Origin: the human T2T-CHM13v2.0 reference genome, Homo sapiens
DNA length: 64,000 nucleotides
Reading direction: 5' to 3' (one strand)
NCBI RefSeq assembly: GCF_009914755.1
Contig: NC_060933.1
Shown: one piece after another, positions 55,488 through 64,000 of the stretch
Numbering within the stretch: position 1 is the first letter of the stretch
Layout of the letters: the number at the start of each line of letters is the position of its first letter
Program-made: the position numbers and the translations under genes
The notes under the pieces: generated by a model
What the model was told of the DNA's origin: nothing
Databases searched by the model: none
The model's input: the letters and a program-made list of their open reading frames with translations, nothing else

Positions 55488-55890
55488 GTATCAGTCCGAT
55501 CAGGCTTTCATAACAAAGCACCACATACTGAACGGCTTGAACAGCCCAATGTGTCGCCTCCCAACTCTGAGCCAAAGAGACTGAGGTCAGGATGTCCCAG
55601 GGTGGCTCCTTCCAAGGGTTGGGTGGGACAATGTGCCCCCAGCATCTCCTTGGCTTGTGGGTGACCATCTCCAGCTCCACATGGCATGCTCCCTGTGTGC
55701 CTGTCTCTGGGTCCAGATCTCCTTTTCATGTAAGGACACCAGTCATGTTGGAGTAGGGCTCACCCTAAGGACTTCAATGGGGCGTAATCACTGCTGTAAA
55801 GACCCTGTCTTTAAATAAGGTCACACTCAGAGGGGTTAGGGAGTTAGGACATCAACATTTGAACTTGGGGGACACAATTCAACCTGTAAC
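55488..55890 (-). mobile_element. MLT1 (MaLR) LTR, MLT1B/C-like
   Basis: cataacaaagcaccaca; taaggacaccagtcat; aaataaggtcacactc; gggggacacaattcaacctgtaaca. Confidence 0.85.
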
Positions 55891-57002
55891 AAATGTGTGA
55901 GTGAAGACTGGCACCTCCCCACGATGGCCTTTCTGTGATGCCATCAAGAGCACCAGGGAGCTCTCCAGATATGGAGATGGACAGATGTCTAAGGCCCCTG
56001 AAATGAGCCTGCTGTACAGATGATTCCAGAACTCTGTCAGTGTGAAGACCAAACACAATTAAGCACATTAAAATACTTACGGTAAAGTGTTTCTTTCACT
56101 TTAGATGTGCAAAAACTTAAAGAGAGAGAGACTTATGAGAAGACTCAGGGAAGAAATGTAAGATAAAGGTGTTAAGGGAGACAAACTCCACAAAATTGTA
56201 AAGTGAAGCTGCTGTGGGGAGTAGAGCCCAGACCCAGATAATATGCAGGCATGGGTCCAAGGGAGGCTTTGCACACCAGGCGGGGGAGGTGCAGGGCCAT
56301 GGATGAATGGTCTTGGGAAAACGGCAAATCGTTTGGAAAAAAAAACAAAACTTTGCTCTTTATATCAAAATAAATTCCAAGCTGAACAAAGAATAAAAAT
56401 ATAGCATTGAAATAATAAAGCTATTAAAAGAAAACTTGGTGAGTTTTAAAATAATTGTGAAGAGGCCTGTCTAAATGTGATAAAACATATGAATTTATAT
56501 TCACACTCATCACAAGATTGATAAGCATGATTTCCTAAAATTTTAAGCAAATCCCCATAAAATGAAAAAATATACAAATAAGTGAAAAAAATGGTAAGAT
56601 ATATTTAATTTCAATACTTGTGGTAAAACATCAATAGCTTTAATATGCAGCGAGTTTTTTCAAATCAATAAGAAAAAAGACACAGATGGGTGCTGACAGG
56701 GCCGTTTGGTAATATCTTTTAAAATTTAAAACACAAGTGCTTTCACTCAACAACTTCACTTTTAGGAACCTATCACACATATAAATTGACAAAAGTGGAG
56801 AAATATTCATTGCAACATTTTATTTTATAATAGCAAAAAAAAATCACTAAGGGAAGTACAGTTGATTCATATGTTGGAATCCTATGCAGTCTTCTAAAAA
56901 ATGTGGAATTTATTTCATACACCAAATATAACAATGTCCAAGTTCTACTAGTGAAAAAGCAAGATGTAACATATCATTGTATTTGTTTAAAAAACTCATG
57001 CT

Positions 57003-57321
57003 GGGTTGGGTGCAATGACTCATGCCTGTAATTCCAGCACTTTGGGAAGCCAAGGTGGGTGGATTGCTTGAGCTCAGGAGTTTGAAGCCAGCCTGGGCAA
57101 TATGGCAAAACCCCACCTCTATGACAAATACCAAAAAAAAAAAAAACTAGCCTGGACTGGTGGTGTGCACCTGTAGTCCCAGCTACATGGGGGCGCTGAG
57201 GTGGGGGGATCACTTGAGTCCAAGAGGTCAAGGCTGCAGTGAGCTGAGATCATGCCACTGCACACCAGCCTGGGTGACAGAGCAAGACCCTGTCTCAAAA
57301 ATAAGTGAAAAAAAAAAAAAA
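57003..57321 (+). mobile_element. AluJ within old L1ME-type fragments (~56200-57620)
   Basis: ggattgcttgagctcaggag; gaggtcaaggctgcagtgagc. Confidence 0.9.
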
Positions 57322-58106
57322 GCCTAAAAATCTCCCACATGCACATAATAATTTAAGTGATATTGGATTGTCGTTTACTACTTATATGTGCATTTCTGCC
57401 TATACATATTCTATCCAGTGTGTACACATGTGTATGTAAATATGTAGCATGATCTGGAAGTGTAAGCACCAAATTAAGAACAGCAGTTTTTAGGGGGAGG
57501 GGAATAGAATTGGTTTAGAGAAAAAGGTGAAATTAACATTTTTATTCTGCCTACTTCAGTGTGCCTGCAGTATTTACAATGATCAGGAGTGTGTACTTTT
57601 TTCAATTTAGAAAAATGATAATAATAAGGTTTGCTTGGGGGGAAAGGGTAAGTAGGATGAGACCAGGAAGAGAAGTAACTTAGAAACACATCATGCATCA
57701 TGACTGCTGGCACCATTCTGTCCTCCAATGAAGAGTGAGGCTTTGAGAGGTTCAGCAGCTCACCCAAAGGTGTACAGCCATGGTCTCAAACATGCTTGCA
57801 CCCTGCTGTCACTCAGGTCCTGAAGCCCAGGCCACCTCCAAGGACACTGGGGTGCTCTGGGGTGCAGCCTGCCTTCAGATGTTTCTTAAAGCCACTCCTA
57901 CTCCACCCCACCCAGTGCAGGAGCCAAGATTGAGGACCACCATTTGACAGCTAGTTCATAGGATTTCATAGCACACAAACACATCTTTAAAGGCTGATGA
58001 GGTTTCCACCAAATTGGGATTTATTGGTATGCTGGGTATAATGGCAGCTGTGTGTGCCTTTGACTGCAAAGACACTGGGCAGGCCAGAGTGGCTCCTCCC
58101 CATTTG

Positions 58107-58109
<3 letters not shown>

Positions 58110-58151
<42 letters not shown>

Positions 58152-58164
58152 ATTGAGAGAGAGA
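58110..58164. repeat. (TG)n + (GA)n microsatellite
   Basis: Directly visible. Confidence 0.97.
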
Positions 58165-59666
58165 GGGCTCGTGTTTTTCTGTTGCGAACAGTCCTTTCCA
58201 CGGGAACTTATATTCTCCTAAGGTTTGCCACTCTGCAGAACTTTTGGAGGAAGGCTTTAGAGTGAGAATGTCAGTGCATTCTCAGCGTGCAACTGTAAGA
58301 CTTGCAGGAGGTGAATGCACATGAAATAATTCTCAGAGGAAGAATATGTGCACTGGTCAGATAGGAAAACTGACCTGTAACATTTTCTACACAAGAGGAT
58401 TTGAATGGTTTTCGTCTTTAAGATTTTTTTTTAACATTATGCTTAGTCCACCATGCTTTATTCTGTCAGACCATTTGTCATCTGCATGCTTCATGAGAAA
58501 TGTTTTTTTCTCGTGAGAAGGACGTAAGCAATTTCGCTCCTGGTTGAGAGTTTGGTCCATAGTTTCTTGGTGTCTGTGGGTTGGCTTCTGGGCCTCGCTG
58601 GCTGCAGCTGATGGTGACCAGAAGGGCTGTTCTTGTGAGTCATTAGGGGATGGGCCGCTGCTGCTACCTCCCCACCCCAGCCACCTCCATCAGCACTGTG
58701 CCATACTCGCCCAGAAGAGCCCCTGGACTCATCGCCTGCCCCCATGTTTACACTTGTTAATAAAATCTCTAGAATTGTGGCTTAGACCTGTAAACATCCA
58801 GTTCCAAGAAGTGGCTCTAAAGCCCTCTCTGGGGGCAGAGTGGTTGTCAGAAGCAGACCAGGCCTCGGGGTCTAGATTCCATCCTTCACTGGAACTGCTG
58901 GGGGCTGGTAGTACCCCATCTGCAAAATGAGGTTAAAAATACCTAACCCTTGGGTTGCTATCAAGCTCAGAGATGCTGTATGCAAAGCACCAATCAGACT
59001 GGCTCACAAAGAATAGGCCCTCTGTCAAATGTTCATGGTTGAGTGCGGGATGTCAAGGATAAATAGCTACTGGTTACCAGGGAATTGAAGACAGGGTTCT
59101 TTTACAAGCAAAAAGATTTTATAAGAGGGTCACAGAAACAGAGTGACTCTTGCCCAACAGTATCATAAGCAAATAAGCTGTGTCTAGATCCTAATCATGT
59201 GTTTAGGGCTCTGCTGGGTTTAATAAGCAACACATAGGGGGTGCGTTGTCCTCCACTCTCACATCCCCAGTCACTAGACAAGGTCACTCCCCCGGGGGGC
59301 ATCTTACTCAGAAGCTCTAAAAGACTTTGTTGCATGACTTTGGCCCTTGCTCTTTTAAAATGTCCAGTTAGAGACCATGGCATGGAGAGTTTTGTATACT
59401 CTGCTCCCAGCATGGCACCCTCTTTGCATATTGTGGGCACTCTTAAAGTTATTTCTCATATTGTAATATATCAGATATGACTTGGATATAGTCAACTAGA
59501 TATTTAGTGAAAAATGTATCACCCCCATTATCAAAAGAAAACCCAAAGCCTTCAAGTTTGGCCCAACTAGAAGGAATTTCTGGAAGGGGGAAGTACCAGG
59601 ACCACACAGACTCTGGTCCTGGCGGTGTGTTTATAAGATGCAGCTCATCATGTTGGTCTCTGTCAT

Positions 59667-59890
59667 CCCTGCTAAGGCTGTTCATTATGGAACCACTGGC
59701 CACATGTGGCCACTGACCGCTCAATTACTTAAAACCATTTAAAATAAATGTTGAATTTCATTTAAAATTTAAAATTCAGTTCTCAGTCACACAGGCCAGG
59801 TTTCAGGGACCAGTTGCCACACGTGGGTGGAAGGTGTGTGTCAGGCAGAGTAGAACAGGTATTTCCATTGCTGTAGCAAGGTCTGCCAGA
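59667..59890. mobile_element. MER3/MER33-like hAT-Charlie fossil
   Basis: ccactggccacatgtggccactga; aaaattcagttctcagtcacac. Confidence 0.65.
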
Positions 59891-60180
59891 CACCAAGCTG
59901 CTCTCAGCCCATCCCCTGAGGAGCCCAGAAGGGATATGAACTTCCACCCACCTCTCCCCTTTCCCAGTTCTCAGTGCCACTCCTTGCCTAAGTGCACGGT
60001 AACACTCGCCACTATTTCATGTGTTGATACCTGCAGCTCCCAATTTTCTTAAGAGGATCTGACCCTGGGAACTGATGAGGGCACCAGGAGTGCCCTCTCC
60101 TTTGACATGAGACCTTGAGTCTTGTCCATGGGGCCCTGGCCTGGCCCTTTTCATCCCCAAGGCTGTAACATTCTCCTGCA

Positions 60181-60220
60181 CAACACAACACACGTGCACA
60201 CACACACACACACACACACA
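60181..60220. repeat. (CA)n microsatellite, interrupted
   Basis: Directly visible. Confidence 0.95.
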
Positions 60221-61879
60221 ATAATGTTACTTCTCAGTCACCCGGGAACTGACATGGTTCCCAGTTATTTCCTTGCAGCAGCCCTCCAAGCGGTAACACA
60301 GCCTTGGAGAAAGCTACTAAGTCATGTATCCTTGGGGTAAGCACACTTGGTTCAGAATAGTTTCTGAAAGAACAAACCAGGTTTTTGCTCAAGAGGGTTT
60401 TGAGGGACTGGAGAAAACCTTAGTGCTTGTTCCTTTCTCTTCGGTTAAAAAAAAAAAATCCAACATAGTTTCCTTGAAACATTTGGAACCTGAGGTTTTG
60501 TCCATTTTGAAAAGAAGATGTAGAGAGGTAACGTGTTTCTCACGAAGGCAAAACAAAAAAATAAGATGCCAAGCAAGTGGCCCTTGTACCTTCAAGACCA
60601 AGAAATAAGGCGTTTGTTTCTGGGAATGCCTTCCATTTGCTCATTTTGTAAGTAATCAAGGCAGGCTGAGAGGGGAGCCTTCTGAGGCACCCCAGTGAGC
60701 AGAGGTGGGGTCCTGCCACTGGCCCCTCGGCTCCAACCTTGCCTCACTCCAGGCGCTGGGGCAGAGATGTGTGGTTGGCCTGTCTCTGGAGTTCCTGTGC
60801 TGCTTAATTTGAGTAGAGATAAAAGGCCACAAGAGAAGTCGTTTTGAAGGGTTTGTGAATTATAGGACTTCCTTTCATGATTCAGCCTGACTCCAGGAAG
60901 TGCAGTCACGTGCTGCCCTCCTAGGGGAGCTTCGCCCCACCACCAGCACTCAGGCTCCACTTACTGCAAAAGGCGCGATCAAGATTCTTCTTCCTGAATT
61001 ATTGTCTTAACAAAATTGATACGTCTAAACATTGAGTTAACACTTTCATTCACTAAAAATGTTTTCCTGAATGATGCTTTTCATGTGACTTCTTTATAGT
61101 CCCACGTGAAAAGGGGAATGTGCTCGGCTCTGTGCTTGTTCCCCTCTGTTTGGGAGCCTGCGCTGCTGCTCACTTCTGCAGTCAGCTCTGTTTGGATCAG
61201 TTTTGAACCCCAGAACCTTCCACATAGAGGTGATAATTCTAGATAATTCTAGAGCAACTGCTTCTCTATCTGGCTGTATGCTAAGCTCTCTAGAGAGCTT
61301 TACAAGGGAGAGATTCTGAGTGTTAGGGCTGGGAAAAGAGCACTCTGTGTGATCCTAACCTGCAGCTGAAATGCAGAACCACTGTTCTCAGCTGGAGCTT
61401 TTCATTGTTTTTTGTTTGTTTGTTTTGTTTTGTTTTGTTTTGCTTGTGAATTGAGCTTACTAATGGAAGCAGGAGCTTGTTCTGTTTAGCGATCGTGAGA
61501 ACCACCTAGGCAGCGGAGCCTGCCCTTAGAATCTGCTTCACTGGGCTGTACTGGGCTGGGCATTGGCAATTTTAGGACACATCTAGATGTGTCCCAAGCA
61601 ATCTGATATTTTGATGTTTATCTTACAGAGAAGCATGTGTTTAGAAGGCAGATAGCTGTGCTTCTGTTCTTCTGATTTTCGACAGAGACATCAGAACCTT
61701 CCACAGTCATTTTAGTCTAAGTCCTGAAATCGTTCACTGCCAGCCCTGAGTCTAGCTGGACTATATGCCTCTGGTTGGACACGTCTGCCACCTCTGAGAA
61801 CTGTGTGGATGTAACTCTTCTGTCTTCTGGCTCGTTGTGTTTCCAAGGAGAAGCTTGAGGCCCAGTAATACTTAAAAAT

Positions 61880-62378
61880 TTTTTGGACAAATTTAATCTT
61901 ACATAATTATGGGGTACACAGTGATATTATATCTGTACAAGGTGGAAGGGTTGAATCAAGCCAATTAACATACCCATCATCATAAATGCTTATCATTAAT
62001 CCTCCTCTCTATCTGCAACTTTGTAGTCTTTGACTGTCATCTCCTTATTCCATCACTCCCCAGCCCCTGGTAACCACTATTTTGTTCTCTGTTTCTATGA
62101 GTTCAATCATTTTAGATTCCACATATGAGTGAGATCATGAGGTATTTGTTTTTCTGTGCTTGACTTATTTCACTTTACATAACTTTCTCCAGCTTCTTCT
62201 ATGTTATCACAAACAATAGGATTTCCTTCTTTTTCATGGCTGAATAGTATTCCATTGTGTGTGTGCCACATTTTCCTTAGCCGTTTATTCCTTGGTGGAC
62301 TTTTAAGTTGATTTTGTATCTTGGCTATTGCGAATAGTGCTGCAGTGAAGCATGGGAGTACAGATATCTTTTCAACAT
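61880..62378 (-). mobile_element. L1MA-type 3' end
   Basis: ttttagattccacatatgagtgagatcatg; ggctgaatagtattccattgtg. Confidence 0.85.
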
Positions 62379-62557
62379 AAATTTGTAAACTTTCTTAAAA
62401 CATTATGAGTTTTTTGTTTTGTTTTGTTTTGTTTTTTGCAATTTTTTGTTTTTGGCTCATCAGCTATCATTAGTGTTAGTATATTTTATGTGTGGCTCAA
62501 GACAATTCTTCTTCTTCCAGTGTGGCCCAGGAAAGCCAAAAGATTGCACATCCCTGC
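62379..62557 (+). mobile_element. MER30 DNA transposon fossil
   Basis: gctcatcagctatcattagtgttagt...ggcccaggaaagccaaaagattg..catccctg. Confidence 0.85.
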
Positions 62558-63197
62558 TCTAGAGGTTCCTGGATAAGATGCTCTTTTAACCCCTGTAGAC
62601 AAGACTTTTTTTATTTCTGGAAATTTTATAACTTTAAACATGTGTTTTACTCCTTTATTTTAATTCTCTATTTCAGGGACATTAATTTTATATATTTTAG
62701 ATCACCCCTGTCTTTCTCAATTTTTCTGTTGAATTCCTGAAGTCTTTGTTAATTCCTATTTCATTTTTCTCAAGCTCCACAGATCCTGTCCCCCATGCTG
62801 CCTGCAGTGTTAATATCCATTCATTTTTCCCTGCTTGATATAATAGCCAACATTTCTTTTCTGGCCTTTTCTCCTGATCTCTGCTGGCTTATCATTGTTT
62901 TTTGTTTTTTGTTTTTTGGCCCCTTCCTCCCTTTTGAGCTGTTATTTTAACCAAGTGATTATTCTGTTAAGTTCTTTGATTCCATATCTGTGTGTGTGGA
63001 CATGCCTTCATCTGCCTTTTGGGACATTTTTCTCATGAAAGTCCTTTGCCATTTGTTTCTCCTGTTGCTTCTCTTCTTTAATTATTTCAGCATCATTGTA
63101 CAAATCCAAGGTAGGATCCTCATCTTTGAAATAGATCATGGAAGGGCCTTGGATGTGTTCCAGTTTACCAGAATATTTCCTCCCTTCTCAATAATGT

Positions 63198-63243
<46 letters not shown>

Positions 63244-63258
63244 GGTGAAAGAGAGAGA
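63198..63258. repeat. (TG)n(GA)n compound microsatellite
   Basis: Directly visible. Confidence 0.97.
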
Positions 63259-64000
63259 ATGAATTGGTTTAATACATATTTCTCCCCAGTGAGGCTGCCA
63301 GCCATTCAGTCTCCTCTCTTCAACACTCTAAGAAATGGTTGGCTTTCCATTGCTGTGTATATCCTTCCACTCTGCAGGCCTTGTCTGAAGTCTACAGCAG
63401 CCAGTCCCCACTAAGGGTCTTCATGATCCCAGGGCAAACATAGCTGCATTGGGCTCCGCTTGTGGCATGTTATTGCTCAGGATCGGGGTGCCCACTGGTT
63501 CCATTTTATTTCTTTATCTGGTTCTTGTTGCAGGGTCATTTCAGAGAGGAGGGGGCAGTATCTCTGCCAACACCCAAGCAATCTGATATTTTGATGTTTA
63601 TCTTACAGAGTGACTTAGAGTATGTGGCATTGAAACCAATGGTTAAAAATCAACAAATAAGCAGGAAACAACTTCAGAATGACCAAAAAAGTTCCTGGGG
63701 CACTCTTAGCTTCCACCAGCCTCTCTGATGGTCAACCAGGCCATTTTGTTGGCTTTGATCCGTTCAGCACATTGAGTTATGGGGCGCCTCCCACGTGTCA
63801 GGAGCAGGGTGAGGTATGGGGGCTGTCGCAGCAGCTGAGATGCTTCCCTGCACTTGACTTGTTTACGGTCAGATCGTAAGGAAGCATGGGAGCCCAGCAT
63901 CAGGCTCTGCTCATGCATAATCTCATTTATTAGTGACAGCAACCATAGGGTTTTTCTTTGTGAAAAAAATTATAAAATACAGAACAGTGCAGTACCACCC

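Larger units (their letters stand above)
47246..64000 (+). other. SYK: SYK intron 1 (partial; first coding exon lies beyond the window)
   Basis: Begins with GT; no SYK coding sequence (MASSGMADS...) in the ORF track. Confidence 0.8.

Noticed and set aside
60911-60930. CTCF site (gctgccctcctagggg)
   Set aside because: Spacing deviates from the consensus by one base; cannot be supported without a PWM scan or ChIP data

Overview
Human (primate) genomic DNA. The CpG island at ~46.8-47.6 kb contains a 164-nt non-coding exon that I recognise from memory as the 5' UTR of SYK (spleen tyrosine kinase, 9q22), so the window is ~47 kb of upstream sequence plus the first ~17 kb of intron 1. I see no intact protein-coding exon. 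Bases 1-8.3 kb are a SATR1/SATR2-type satellite block with orientation switches and an embedded, LTR-less, decayed HERV-E-type gag-pro-pol fragment, the composite known from OR7E-associated segmental duplications. Bases 8.4-15.5 kb are a minus-strand MER66-like ERV1 provirus with two LTRs, gag and integrase remnants and a degenerate env resembling ERV-V env. Its 3' LTR carries a perfectly homogeneous 16.4 x 32-bp doubly self-complementary tandem array that is absent from the 5' LTR. The rest is nested L1/Alu/LTR/MIR/DNA-transposon sequence with several short locally templated duplications. I found no convincing new multi-gene system. The best leads are the palindromic array, the templated insertions, the ERV-V-like env, the satellite higher-order structure and LTR-donated motifs near SYK. 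Repeat subfamily names are from recall and many boundaries are approximate.
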